Below, piece after piece: positions 9,992 through 20,658 of a stretch of 64,000 nucleotides of DNA; position 1 is the stretch's first letter, and every line of letters starts with the position of its first letter. The notes beneath the pieces are model-generated. The model did not search any database, was not told where the DNA came from, and worked only from the letters and a program-made list of their open reading frames with translations. The DNA is from an uncultured Gemmatimonadales bacterium (GTDB lineage Bacteria; Gemmatimonadota; Gemmatimonadetes; Palauibacterales; Palauibacteraceae): the NCBI GenBank assembly GCA_963807645.1, contig CAWECO010000005.1:97216-161215 (forward strand), in the 5' to 3' direction. Made by a program: the position numbers and the translations under genes.

Positions 9992-12129
9992 CGGCCAGAG
10001 CCGGACGGTGCGGCGCTTCGTGGATCCCTGCCTTCCTGGCGATCGCCGGTCCGGCAACACTGTGCAGTTGTGCCTCCACGGACATCACGACCCCGGCCGC
10101 GAGATCTGCGGAACCCACGGCATCAGAGCTTCCAGGCCTCAAGGTCGGATTCGGTCGCGCTGACATCACACCTCCGCCTGGGCTCGGGCTCAGTGACTAT
10201 GGCCCAGCAGGCGGGGTAGCTCGCGGGCATCGGCAGCGGCTCTACGCCCGGGCGATGATCCTGGAGGATGGGCGCGGTGAGAGGATCGCCTGGGTCACCG
10301 TCGACCTCGCCCAGCCGTCGTTTCTGTTGCACCGGGAAGCAGCCGAGCGGGTCGTCGCCGAAACCGGGATCGGAGCTGACAGACTGGTCCTCACAGCCAC
10401 CCATACCCATGCAGGCCCCGGTCATTTCTTCTCCAGTCGCAGCTACAACCAATTCGCACCGGGCATCCCGGGATTCGACCCCGCCGTCGTCGAGTTCCTG
10501 GCGGACCGTGTGGCGATGGCGATTCGAGAGGCATCCCAGGGGCTGACGCGGGCTGCGGCCGGGTGGGTACAGGCTCAGGTATGGGGGCTTACCAGGAATC
10601 GGAGTCTCGAGGCGCATGCGAGGAACCCGGCCGTAGAGGGCCGGCCGACACCGCCGCCTGGTCTGACCATGGCGCAAGGGGCCGTCGATCCGACATGGAC
10701 CATGCTTCGGGTGGACACGATTTCTTCGCAGGGAGACACGGTACCGGCCGGCGCGCTGAGCATCTTCGCGTACCATCCGACAGGCAATCCTCCCGCCAAT
10801 GACCTTTACGACTCTGACATCTCGGGTCTCGTGGAACGCGGGTTGGAAAGGCACATGGACGCGCTGGCCCAAGCCGGCACTCGATTCGTCCCGGCGACCG
10901 TTCACCTGGTGGCGAACGGCGCGGAGGGAGACGTAGTTCTGGAAGGCAGCCTCGATCACGACTGTGAGCGGCCTGCACAGAGAAGAGGTGTTCGGCCCGG
11001 AGGCCCTCGTACTCCCAAGCCTCTCGATGAATGGACATCTCTGGCTGATGACTCCGGATCGGAGTGCGTCGGCAAGGCCCGCGCGTTCATCAACACGACC
11101 GGAGACGCCCTCGCGGCCCAAGCGATCCGAATCTTCAGTGACGCCGGGCGTGACCTTCGTTCCGACCTGCAACTCAGGAGGTCCTTCAGGACTGTTCGCC
11201 TCACCGGTCCCGAGGCCTCGACCGACTTGTGCCCCGAGCCTCAGGTAGGCGCCGGAGCGTCAGCCGGGTCGGAAGGCAGCCAGAGCAACCTGAAGGACTG
11301 GAAGGTCCTCGGTCTGTTCCCACTGCACGCGGAAGAAGGTGCGGTCGACACGACGAGCGGTGGCTGCCAGGCTCCGAAACGCAGGCTGCCGTGGATCCTG
11401 CGCATCGGGATGGGAAACCTCCACTTCCCTGCCGAGGCGCAGCTCATGGTCGTGCAGATCGGAGACCTGGCGGCCGCGGCAGTCCCCCTCGAGGTGACGA
11501 CCGAAGTGGGGTTCCGAATCCGGGATGCCATGCTACGTACTTCATTGGAAGACGCTCTGGGCATCCGAGCGGTAGCTGTGGTTGGACTGGCCAACGGGTA
11601 CATGCAATACGTAGCTACGCGGGAAGAGTACCAGGCCCAGCACTACGAGGGCGGATCCACTCTCTATGGACCCGGATTCGCCGAGTTCCTTCAGGCCGAA
11701 ATCGTAGAACTGACGGCAAGATTGAGCGACGGAGGATATGCGCGGGTAGAGCCCATTTCGGGTAACCCCGGTTCGCAACGCAAGATTTTCCCGCGTACCA
11801 GAGACCCTCGCCCGGAGCGCCTGATCGTCACACGGACGAGTTGCGGGCGTGATACGGTAACGGTGCGTTGGCTCGACGCACCCCCGGGCTCTCTGCTCCC
11901 TTCCGACGGTCCGATGCTCGAACTGCGCCGATCGCGGACGGGGGAGAGGACGACCGTCACCTGGGACGACGATCGTTTCGTAGAGGTGAGGGGAATCGAA
12001 TCGGTGGACGGTCGGGGGTATCTGTGGGAAGCCCGCTGGACTCCACCTGGAGGCACCCGGGGCGACTACTCGGTCACGTTTCTTCGCTGGCCACGCGACG
12101 CGAGCGACAGGGGGTTCCGATGTCCGTGA
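9985..12129 (+). CDS. Neutral/alkaline ceramidase family lipoprotein
   Basis: Lipobox ...ATLCSCAS. N-terminal block GFGRADITPPPGLGLSDYGPAGGVARGHRQRLYARAMILEDG...VLTATHTHAGPGHFF matches the neutral ceramidase N-domain. At 714 aa the size fits. No frame breaks. Confidence 0.65.
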   Translation: MVTARAGRCGASWIPAFLAIAGPATLCSCASTDITTPAARSAEPTASELPGLKVGFGRADITPPPGLGLSDYGPAGGVARGHRQRLYARAMILEDGRGERIAWVTVDLAQPSFLLHREAAERVVAETGIGADRLVLTATHTHAGPGHFFSSRSYNQFAPGIPGFDPAVVEFLADRVAMAIREASQGLTRAAAGWVQAQVWGLTRNRSLEAHARNPAVEGRPTPPPGLTMAQGAVDPTWTMLRVDTISSQGDTVPAGALSIFAYHPTGNPPANDLYDSDISGLVERGLERHMDALAQAGTRFVPATVHLVANGAEGDVVLEGSLDHDCERPAQRRGVRPGGPRTPKPLDEWTSLADDSGSECVGKARAFINTTGDALAAQAIRIFSDAGRDLRSDLQLRRSFRTVRLTGPEASTDLCPEPQVGAGASAGSEGSQSNLKDWKVLGLFPLHAEEGAVDTTSGGCQAPKRRLPWILRIGMGNLHFPAEAQLMVVQIGDLAAAAVPLEVTTEVGFRIRDAMLRTSLEDALGIRAVAVVGLANGYMQYVATREEYQAQHYEGGSTLYGPGFAEFLQAEIVELTARLSDGGYARVEPISGNPGSQRKIFPRTRDPRPERLIVTRTSCGRDTVTVRWLDAPPGSLLPSDGPMLELRRSRTGERTTVTWDDDRFVEVRGIESVDGRGYLWEARWTPPGGTRGDYSVTFLRWPRDASDRGFRCP

Positions 12130-13763
12130 CGGACGAGGTCTTCATGCACCCCTTGAGCGATCCAGTGTCGGGCACGTCAGGGTCTTTACCGCTGACCGCC
12201 GATCGCTCATTTGGCGAAGAGGAGAGGGAGCTTCTCACGGGTCGGTGCCGTCTCGTTTTCGGCCTCGGCGTGGCGATCAGCCTGACCTTGATCCTTCTCT
12301 CCCGTGGCTTCATCAACAGGCCGCAACTCGCCGCCAACGCGCTGGAAAGCCTCGAAACCTGGTTCGACGCGGGACACCTCCTGTCCTTCGCCCTCGCGTT
12401 CGGCTCTCTGTTCATTGGAACGCCGAGCGTACGACGCCTCCAGGTAACCGCGTTCGCCGTACTCGCGGTCAACATTGTTCTGGTCGTATTCAGCATGGGC
12501 GTGATCAGACCTGACTATCCACCCGAACTCGCGATCGCGCTGCTGCTCTTCATCCCCGCCGCGGTGATTCCGTGGCGAGTCGGCTACCAGGTGAGCCTGG
12601 GCACGATAGGGGTCGCGACACCGGCCCTCGCTCAGGTGTTCAGTTACGCGTTCATGCCGCAGGCGAGGGAATACTGGGCCGGGATAGGAGGACAGGCGGC
12701 CTTTCAGAACCACCTCGTCGTCATGGGCGTAGGTCTTCTCATCCTGGCAGCCACTTCGGTCCTGGTCACACGGACGCTGTACAGCCTCCGCCGCAAGGCT
12801 CACAGGGCGAGGCAGCTCGGCAACTACACTATCGAACGGAAGATGGGAAGAGGCGGCATGGGAGAGGTGTTCGTGGCCCGCCACGCCCGAATGTGCCGAC
12901 CGAGTGCGGTGAAGGTCCTGCGAGTCTCGGGAAGCCTGGACCTGGACGCCCTCGCCCGCTTCGAGCGGGAGGTACAGCTCTCCTCCAGTCTCACGCATCC
13001 CAACACGATCACCATCTTCGACTTCGGCCGCGCGGGTCAGAACACGTTCTACTACGCAATGGAATACCTGGAAGGGCTAGACCTCCAGCGCCTCGTGAAG
13101 CGCTTCGGGCCGCTCGGCGCCGAACGAACGATTTTTCTGCTGACTCAGGTGTGTGGCTCCCTGGCGGAAGCCCACGGCCGTCAGATAGTGCATCGAGACA
13201 TGAAACCCGCGAACATCTTCGTGACGGAGCGGGGCGGACTGTTCGACTACGTGAAGGTGCTGGATTTCGGTCTCGCCAAGCACGTGGACTCGGGCGATGG
13301 GGAAGGTGTGACCAAGGCAGGGCTTATCCTCGGAACGCCGGAGTACATGGCCCCGGAAGCTATACGAGACGAGGGGCGGGTGGACACTCGCGCCGACCTT
13401 TACGGTTTGGGGGCGGTCGCCTATTTCCTGCTGACCGGTCAGCCGCCGTTTCAGTGCCGGACCCAGCTGCAAACCCTGGTTGACCAGGTGCGGAAACCTC
13501 CCGTACCACCCTCCGAGGTCACGGAAATCGAGATCCCGGTCGAACTCGAGTCGATCGTCCTGAAGTGCCTGGAGAAGTGGCCCGAAGAGCGCTATCAGAA
13601 GGTGGAAGAGATAGACGCGGCCCTGCGATCCGTACCCCTGGAGGAAACCTGGAATCTAGACCAGGCGAGAGAGTGGTGGACCCTGCATTCCGAGGTCGCT
13701 CGCCCCGTCCTGTATGAATCGGCACCCGGTAAGGGAGTTCCCGCCGCACTCCCCGGTCGATAA
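12120..13763 (+). CDS. Polytopic membrane Hanks-type Ser/Thr protein kinase
   Basis: ATG 12120 overlaps the ceramidase stop by 10 nt. N-terminal ~270 aa contains 6-7 predicted TM helices. Kinase motifs: GRGGMGEVFVARH, AVK, HRDMKPANIF, LDFGLAK, GTPEYMAPE. Confidence 0.8.
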   Translation: MSVTDEVFMHPLSDPVSGTSGSLPLTADRSFGEEERELLTGRCRLVFGLGVAISLTLILLSRGFINRPQLAANALESLETWFDAGHLLSFALAFGSLFIGTPSVRRLQVTAFAVLAVNIVLVVFSMGVIRPDYPPELAIALLLFIPAAVIPWRVGYQVSLGTIGVATPALAQVFSYAFMPQAREYWAGIGGQAAFQNHLVVMGVGLLILAATSVLVTRTLYSLRRKAHRARQLGNYTIERKMGRGGMGEVFVARHARMCRPSAVKVLRVSGSLDLDALARFEREVQLSSSLTHPNTITIFDFGRAGQNTFYYAMEYLEGLDLQRLVKRFGPLGAERTIFLLTQVCGSLAEAHGRQIVHRDMKPANIFVTERGGLFDYVKVLDFGLAKHVDSGDGEGVTKAGLILGTPEYMAPEAIRDEGRVDTRADLYGLGAVAYFLLTGQPPFQCRTQLQTLVDQVRKPPVPPSEVTEIEIPVELESIVLKCLEKWPEERYQKVEEIDAALRSVPLEETWNLDQAREWWTLHSEVARPVLYESAPGKGVPAALPGR

Positions 13764-13776
13764 GCACTCCAGGCGC

Positions 13777-13911
13777 TCAATCGTGCAGCATTCGCTCCGG
13801 CGGATCGTCCAGGTCGTCGAACTGACCGTCTCGAGCCGCCTTCACGAACAGCGCGGCGAAGATGCCCCCCAGGATCAGGGCGATCGGGAGAAGAAAGAAG
13901 ATCGAGTTCAC
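13777..13911 (-). CDS. ccoS: cbb3 oxidase maturation protein CcoS
   Basis: 44 aa: VNSIFFLLPIALILGGIFAALFVKAARDGQFDDLDDPPERMLHD, the CcoS signature (GQFDDLD). GTG start overlaps the ccoI stop (GTGA). Confidence 0.7.
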   Translation of the reverse strand: MNSIFFLLPIALILGGIFAALFVKAARDGQFDDLDDPPERMLHD

Positions 13912-16304
13912 GTGCTTCCACCGTTCATCGAGGCCTCTATGCGGGACGAGCCCCAGATCACCATGGCGCTCGACGCCGGCATGAGAATGGCGGCCACCAG
14001 CGGATTGATCAAACCCACGGCCGCCGCACTCACCGCCACGATGTTGTAGGCGATGGATCGCCGCTGGTTCCACCGGATGGCGCGCTCACAGGCGAAGGCC
14101 GCCTGAAAGCCCGAGACGAGCGGCTGCAGCGACCAGGTCGAGATCACGCCATCCGCCACCAGCACGCTGCTCGCGGCGCCGGTTCCCATCGCGACGCCGA
14201 CGTCGGCGGCCGCGAGGGCCGGCCCGTCGTTCAGGCCATCCCCGGCGAACAGGACCCGGCAGCCGGATTCCTGGCGAGCCCGCACCCAGGAGGCCTTACC
14301 CGCTGGATCGATTTCCGCCCAGAAACTGCTGACGCCCGCCGCGGCGGCGATCCGGCCGGCGACCTCCTTGTGGTCCCCGGTCAATAGCACGACCTCGAGC
14401 CCCCGGGCCTCGAGCTGCGCCACGGCCTCCGAGGAGTCCGCTCGGACGACGTCTCCGAGACGGATGCGCCCCGCTTCACCGACTTCGTTTCGAAGGACGA
14501 CCTCGCCCGGCCCGCCTGATACGAGCTCCCAAGGCGCGCCGTCCACGCGACCGGCGACCCCCGTTCCGGGAGCCTCGTGGACCGCTTCGGCTTTCGGCAG
14601 CGGGATACCACGGTCGACGGCCTCGGCGATGATGGCCCGGGCGATCGGGTGAATGCTGAAGCGCTCGAGTCCGGCCGCGATCCTCAGCGTGGTGTCGTCC
14701 GCGCTCACCACCGTGAGATCGCCGTGCGTGAGGGTGCCCGTCTTATCGAGGCCGACAGTATCGACGTCCACCAGGTCGAGCAGACCGTCGGCCGAGCGGA
14801 ACAACAGGCCCCGGCGGGCGGCCGCGCCCAGGCCGGCGGCAGCGGCGAGGGGCCGGGACAGGGCCAGGGCACACGGACAGGCGACTACCAGGACCGCGAC
14901 GCAGGCCCGAAGGGCCGTTCCGCTGTCACCGGCGAGGAGCCACCCGGTCGCGGTCAGGGTCGCGGCGATCAGGGTCGCGGCCGTGAACCAGGGGGCGATG
15001 CGGTCCGCGGTCGAAAGGCGGACGGGACGATCCGCAGCCGCCCTGAGGTCCGCAGCCATTCGCTGGATGGTGGTGTCCTCTCCAGCGCGGTCCACCCGAA
15101 CGGTGAGAGCCCCGTCCACCAGCACGGCGCCCGAGACCACTTCGTCGCCAGCCGACGATTGCCACCGGCTCCGCTTCGCCCGTGATCAGGGCCAGGCGTA
15201 CCGTCGCCTGGCCATCGACCACGACGCCGTCGGCCGCGAACTCCTCGCCGGCCCCTACATCGATCAGGTCGCCGAGGACGAGGTCGCCGGCCGGGACGAC
15301 CTCCACCGAGTCTCGCAACCCGCCTGCGGGCCGTGGCCGGAAGCGCGGCCGCCAGTGAGACTGCGGCCTCCGCTGCCCGGCGGCGCCCACGACCCTCGAG
15401 CATGCGGCCTGCGAGCAGCAGGGCGACGAGCATGGCGAGCGAATCGAAGTAGGTGTCCGTCCCCACGATCGTCGATACGAGGCCGTGCACGTACAGAACG
15501 GCCACCGCCAGCGCGATCGGGAGGTCCATGTGCAGGACGCGGTTCTTCAGACCCTGGATGGCTCCCGAGAAGAACGGCTCGGCGCACCACAGGGCCACGG
15601 GAGTCACGAGCAGCAGCGAGGCCCATCGGAACAGCGCCGCGTAGCGCTCTTCCATGGCGGACACCCAGCCCAGGTAGAGGGCCGCCGACATCATCATGAT
15701 GTTCATGGCGGCGAACGTGGCGACACCGAGCCGGATCACGAGGCCCTGGTCCGGCCGGCTCTCTTCGCCAAGGAGACGGGGCCGGTAGCCAAGTGCGGCC
15801 ACCTTGCCGGCCAGCGTGCCGAGATCCACGGCCTCGGGATCCCAGCGAAGGCTGGCCCGTCCGGTGGCATAGCTGACGGTCGCTTCCTGCGACACCGGGC
15901 GTGGCCTGCAGGATGTGCTCGGTCACCCACACACAGGAGGCGCAGCGAAGGCCATCGAGGACGAGGCGGACCTCGGAGGTACCGTCGTCGCAGAGCGTGA
16001 CGGGCACGGCGTCCCAGCCCGCTCGCAGGGGGCCCGGACGCGGAGCGTACTCCGAGCGGTCCTCGTAGTAGCGCTCGAGGCCGGCGTCCCGGATGATGGC
16101 CGCCGCCATCTCACACCCGTGGCAGCACCACGTGTCCTCGGAACCTTCGACGGGAGTGCCGCAGTGGGGACAGCGTGAGGTGATCAGCGCGATTCCGTCT
16201 GGTAGGACGGCACGACTTCGTCCCTGTCGGATACGGCTACGTAGATGAACACCGCGTTCATGATGATCACGATCAGCAGACCGACGATGATCATGATCGG
16301 CCAC
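13908..16304 (-). CDS. ccoI: Cu-translocating P1B-type ATPase CcoI/FixI; coding sequence broken across 4 frames (indels ~15895, ~15320, ~15125); 5' end uncertain
   Basis: Segments recovered: N-terminal CPHCGTPV...CCHGCE (FixI motif); TM region; A-domain LALITGEAEPVA (TGE); VGLDKTGTLT (DKTGT); GDGLNDGPALAAADVGVAMG. There is no in-frame ATG/GTG/TTG between the upstream small ORF stop and CPHCG. Confidence 0.75.
16184..16294 (-). CDS. 36-aa single-TM peptide ORF at the position normally held by ccoH/fixH (speculative)
   Basis: MIIVGLLIVIIMNAVFIYVAVSDRDEVVPSYQTESR lies 25 nt after the ccoG stop. It overlaps the out-of-frame 5' region of ccoI. No clear RBS; it could instead be a frameshifted N-terminus of CcoI. 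Confidence 0.25.
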   Translation of the reverse strand: MIIVGLLIVIIMNAVFIYVAVSDRDEVVPSYQTESR

Positions 16305-16319
16305 AGCAGCCGGTCGAAC

Positions 16320-17663
16320 TTACGGACCGGTTGAGCCAATCTCCGCTCCCGTCTTGAACGTGGGATGCAGCACGATCTCTCCATCGCCGTCGGTCACGCT
16401 CACCTCGAAGGCCGTGGTCCGGTCGAGATCCGAGGAGGGAGGAACGCGCACGATCAGCGGCACCGTCCGGGATTCCGCTGTGTTCAACTCGACCGGCTGA
16501 GAGATCACCTCGGCGTCGCCGAGGCCGGATACGACAATGTCGTACTCCACCGGCAGCGGCGACGGATCCTTGTTCGTGATCTTTACGAGGAACGTGTTCC
16601 GGGTGGATCCGTCCGTGTCCATCGTATATAGCGAACCCGGGGCCCGGTTCACGGTCGCCTCGAATGGGACGCGGCGGGCGACGAGGACGCCGATAGCCAC
16701 GAGAATCGATACGAGCAGCGTCCCATACACGAACGTTCGCGGTCGCCACCTGCGAGGCTTGCGGCCCTGCTCTTCGGCGACCGATCCGTAGGCTACCAGC
16801 GTCGGGTGCCCCAGCTGGTCCATGACGCTCGTGCACGCGTCGATACAGCGCGCGCACTGGATGCACTCGAGCTGGAACCCGTCGCGGATGTCTATGCCCT
16901 GCGGGCACACGGCCACGCACTTGTTGCAGTCTATGCACCGCCCGTCCTGGGCGGCCTTCTTGCCGGCTTCACGCGGCTCGCCCCGCTCCGTGCTGTACGT
17001 GATGATCAGGGACTCGTCGTCCGCGAGGGCGCTCTGGAAGCGTGCGTACGGACAGACGTAGTTGCAGAACTGCTCCCGGAACCACGTGAAGTCCCAGAAC
17101 CAGAACAGGGCGATGATCGCCGTCAGCGAGTACTCGACCGGTCCCGCCCGACCCGTCCACAGCTCCCGCGCCCCGGCGAAGATGCTCATCATGGCCATGG
17201 CCAGAAACACCGAAACGGCCAGGAACACCGACCACTTGGCGGCTTTTCGCCATGCCCGGTCGAACGTCCAGCCCCTGGCGTCCCGCCGCTTCCGCGTCAG
17301 CCGGTCGCCCTCGATCCACAGCTCGACGGGCCGGATCCACGATTCGAGGAACACAGTCTGCGGACACGCGTAGCCGCACCAGATGCGCCCGAAAATGGCC
17401 GTGAAAAAGAACAGCGAGAACGCCGCGAACCAGAGGAGGAGCAGCAGTATGATCGAGTCAGACGGCGTGAAGATATAGCCGAAGTGGTAGAACCGGCGCG
17501 CCGGGAGGTCGATGAGGATCGCGGGATAGCCGTTGATCATGATCCACGGCGCCGCCAGCAGCAGCAGGTGCAGGCCGAGGAACGTCCAGCGCCGGATCGT
17601 CATGAACCGGCCCTTGATGGACTGCGGATACACCCAGTCCCGTGTCTGTGAGAAACCGAGCAC
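16320..17663 (-). CDS. ccoG: cbb3 oxidase accessory 4Fe-4S ferredoxin-type protein CcoG
   Basis: Motifs CGYACPQTVF; CIDCNKCVAVCPQGIDIRDG; CIQCARCIDAC; multiple TM helices. Intact 447-aa ORF. Confidence 0.8.
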   Translation of the reverse strand: MLGFSQTRDWVYPQSIKGRFMTIRRWTFLGLHLLLLAAPWIMINGYPAILIDLPARRFYHFGYIFTPSDSIILLLLLWFAAFSLFFFTAIFGRIWCGYACPQTVFLESWIRPVELWIEGDRLTRKRRDARGWTFDRAWRKAAKWSVFLAVSVFLAMAMMSIFAGARELWTGRAGPVEYSLTAIIALFWFWDFTWFREQFCNYVCPYARFQSALADDESLIITYSTERGEPREAGKKAAQDGRCIDCNKCVAVCPQGIDIRDGFQLECIQCARCIDACTSVMDQLGHPTLVAYGSVAEEQGRKPRRWRPRTFVYGTLLVSILVAIGVLVARRVPFEATVNRAPGSLYTMDTDGSTRNTFLVKITNKDPSPLPVEYDIVVSGLGDAEVISQPVELNTAESRTVPLIVRVPPSSDLDRTTAFEVSVTDGDGEIVLHPTFKTGAEIGSTGP

Positions 17664-17714
17664 GTCTATTCCTTGCGGCGGCGAGCGACTCGACCGGGCT
17701 TCAGACCGCGCCGG

Positions 17715-18287
17715 TCAGCCGTCCTCGCCCGCCTCTTCCAAGTTCTCTGCCTCGCCGGCTTCTTCAGAATCGTCCGGCTCGCCGACGTACTCCGCGTTCT
17801 TTTCCAGCACATAGGCCGCGACCTGGTTGATCTTCTCCGGTCCGAGAATCGGACCCCAGGTCAGCATGCCCTTCTCGGGCACTCCTTCGGTGATGACGCG
17901 AATCACGGACTCCGAGTCACCGCCGTGAATCCACTCATCGTCATTCAGGGCGGTTCCGATTCCACCCTCAAGCGCCGCGCCGTGACACATGGTGCAGTTC
18001 TGCGCGTAGACGGCCTCACCGGCGGCCACCGCTTCGGGCGTGATCGCGAACGAGACGGCCGCGGCGGCCTCGACCGGCCACCTGACCTCGGCGGCCTGCA
18101 TCTCGCGGGCCAGGTGGCCCTCCTGCGAACGGTTCCCGATGAAGTGGTAGTGCACGGCGTAGGCGACGGCCCAGATCACCGTGAACCACAGGAGTCCCAG
18201 CCACCAGTCGGGAAGCGGGTTGTCATATTCCTCGATGCCGTCGCTCTCGTCGGCATGGCCGAGCACCTGGTTGGTGTCCTTGCTCAC
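17715..18287 (-). CDS. ccoP: cbb3 oxidase subunit III CcoP, short mono-haem form with acidic C-terminal tail
   Basis: GTG 18287 overlaps the ccoQ stop (GTGA). N-terminal DGIEEYDNPLPDWWL then a TM helix. One CTMCHG haem site. C-terminus EPDDSEEAGEAENLEEAGEDG. The longer ORF-track version (from 18509) overlaps ccoQ and is rejected. Confidence 0.6.
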   Translation of the reverse strand: MSKDTNQVLGHADESDGIEEYDNPLPDWWLGLLWFTVIWAVAYAVHYHFIGNRSQEGHLAREMQAAEVRWPVEAAAAVSFAITPEAVAAGEAVYAQNCTMCHGAALEGGIGTALNDDEWIHGGDSESVIRVITEGVPEKGMLTWGPILGPEKINQVAAYVLEKNAEYVGEPDDSEEAGEAENLEEAGEDG

Positions 18288-18463
18288 CGGTCGACTCCCT
18301 CCTCGAAGGGCAGCAGGGCCGCATCCTCGAACTTCTGCCTGTTTCGGGGCGTGTAGGCGTACCACACCCAGGCGAAGAACGCAGCCATGAACAGAACGGT
18401 CAGGACGGTAGCCAGCCCGCCCATTCCTATGGATTCCGAAGCCTGCTGGGTCAGCGGATTCAT
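18284..18463 (-). CDS. ccoQ: cbb3 oxidase small subunit CcoQ-like membrane peptide
   Basis: 59 aa: MNPLTQQASESIGMGGLATVLTVLFMAAFFAWVWYAYTPRNRQKFEDAALLPFEEGVDR. Has a single TM helix and a CcoQ-like AYxPxNxxxFEEAAxLPF tail. Its ATG overlaps the ccoO stop (ATGA). Confidence 0.55.
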   Translation of the reverse strand: MNPLTQQASESIGMGGLATVLTVLFMAAFFAWVWYAYTPRNRQKFEDAALLPFEEGVDR

Positions 18464-19192
18464 CAGTACTCCACTCCCTGCTTCTCGAGCGCCGCGCGAC
18501 CGTCCACACCGAGCCGCTGCAGGTAAGCGATCATCGCGACGATGGCCCGGTCGGGCTCTGATCCGATTCCGGCCTCGCTCAAGCGTCCGACAATAGCACC
18601 GCCCTGCTCGGCAAGGCTCTCCTCCACCCCGGCTATATCCGCTTCGGAGTAGGGAGTTCCCGTCTTCCTCAGGGCCACCATGGAGGCCCTCACGTCGGCC
18701 GCGTCGATGCGATTCCGTGAGTAGCCAGGAGTAGGACGGCATCACGCTGCCCGGCGTCGTGCTCCGCGGGTCGCGCATGTGCTCGTAGTGCCAGGCATCC
18801 GGGTACTTGCCGCCCACACGGTGCAGGTCGGGACCGATCCGCCGGGACCCGAGCTGGAAGGGCCGGTCGTACTGGTACTCCCAGGCCCGCGACCACGGAC
18901 CGTAGCGCAGGATCTCGGCGCGCATCGGCCGCACCCACTGCGAGTGGCACACGTAGCACCCCTCTGACACGTAGATGTCACGGCCCGCCACTTCGAGCGC
19001 CGTGTACGGCGTAACATCGGGCGAGATCTCGGTGCCGGCCGGCGTGAACATGGGGACGATCTCCACGATCCCGCCGATCAGAATCGCGATCGTCGCCCAT
19101 ACGGCGAAGTTCACGATGTTCGCCTCGAAGAACCGGCGGTGGAACTGCCCGTATTTCTTCTCGGAACCGTGGGTCTTCATTTCGTCAGCCAT
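18463..19192 (-). CDS. ccoO: cbb3 oxidase mono-haem subunit II CcoO; one 1-nt indel near 18700
   Basis: N-part: TM helix + CYVCHSQ + FQLGSRRIGPDLHRVGGKY + VMPSYSWLL. C-part sits in another frame (18463..18693): ALRKTGTPYSEADIAG...AIVAMIAYLQRLG. Confidence 0.8.
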
Positions 19193-19205
19193 CGGTGCCT
19201 CGCGA

Positions 19206-20658
19206 TCAGTTGGCCGGGACGGGCGCCGCGGCGTCCGTCGAGACCGACTCCGGTCCTCGGATTGTCTTGAACAGGTTGTAGACCGCCATCAGGGCGCCCA
19301 CGAAGTAAAGCGTCCCGCCCAGCAGCCGCATCCAGTAGAACGGCTCGAGGCGGTGCACGATGTCGATGAAGATCGGGTTGGCCAGCTGTCCGCCGTCGCC
19401 GATGGCGCGCCACTGCAGGCCCTCCATGAGACCGGCCGCCCACATGGATACCGTATACAGCACGATGCCGATGGTGGCGAGCCAGAAGTGCTGCGTGGCC
19501 ATGTTCGGCTTTGCCAGCGGTTTGTTCCACAGCCTGGGAACCAGCCAGTAGAGCACGGCGAACGAGATCATGCCGTTCCACCCGAGCGCGCCCGAGTGCA
19601 CGTGGCCGATGACCCAGTTCGTGAAGTGGGCCAGTCCGTTCACGGCCCGGATCGACATCATCGGCCCCTCGAAGGTGCTCATGCCGTAGAAGCTCACGCC
19701 CACGACCATGAACTTGAGCACCGGGTCGGTGCGCAGCCGGTGCCAGGCTCCGCGCAGGGTGAGCAGTCCGTTCAGCATTCCGCCCCACGACGGCGCCAGC
19801 AGCACGATGCTGAAGACCATTCCCAGGGTCTGAGCCCAGTCGGGGAGGCCGGAGTACAGCAGGTGGTGAGGACCGGCCCAGATGTACAGGAAGATCAGTC
19901 CCCAGAAGTGGACGATCGACAGCCGGTAGCTGTAGATCGGACGCTCGGCCGCCTTCGGAAGGAAGTAGTACATCAGGCCGAGGAACGGCGTGGTCAGGAA
20001 GAAGCCCACCGCGTTGTGCCCGTACCACCACTGCACGAGGGCGTCCGTCATCCCCGAGTAGAGCGGATAGGAGCGCAGGAAGCGTGGCCGGCATCGCCAG
20101 GTTGTTGACGATGTGGAGCACCGCGATCGTGATCACGAACGACATGTAGAACCAGATCGCGACGTAGAGGTGCTTCACCTTCCGGATCGCGATCGTCCCG
20201 AAGAAGTTGATCGCGAAGACCACCCAGATCAGCGTGATGGCGATGTCGATCGGCCAGATCAGTTCGGCGTACTCGCGCGACTGCGACAGACCGAGCGGGA
20301 ACGTGATCGCGGCCGACACGATGATCAGCTGCCAGCCCCAGAAGTGGATCTTCGACAGCGCGTCGCTCCACATGCGCGTCTTCAGCAGACGCTGCATGGA
20401 GTAGTAGATCCCGGTAAAGCAGATGTTGCCGCCGAAGGCGAAGATCACGGCGTTGGTGTGCAGGGGACGCAGTCGACCGAAGGTGGTCCACGGGAGGCCA
20501 AGGTTGGCGGGCCACCACGCCAGCTGCAGGGCGATGATGACTCCGACCAGCATGCCCACTGCGCCCCAGATGATCGTCGCGATCGCGAACTTCTTGACGA
20601 TGTCGTCGTCATAGATCGCGGCGGGCACACCGGCACCCGCAGAAGCGGATTTTTCCAT
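19206..20658 (-). CDS. ccoN: cbb3 oxidase catalytic subunit I CcoN; -1 frameshift near 20065
   Basis: The two frames join at [12 protein letters not shown]|[30 protein letters not shown]. Cu/haem His ligands are present ([12 protein letters not shown] etc). Proposed start ATG 20658 ([10 protein letters not shown]...[16 protein letters not shown]); the ORF-track TTG at 20700 is the alternative. Confidence 0.85.

Noticed and set aside
18287-18509. Longer CcoP start at 18509
   Set aside because: The upstream 74 codons are Arg-rich and overlap ccoQ out of frame. GTG 18287 gives the canonical DNPLPDWW N-terminus and GTGA stop-start coupling.
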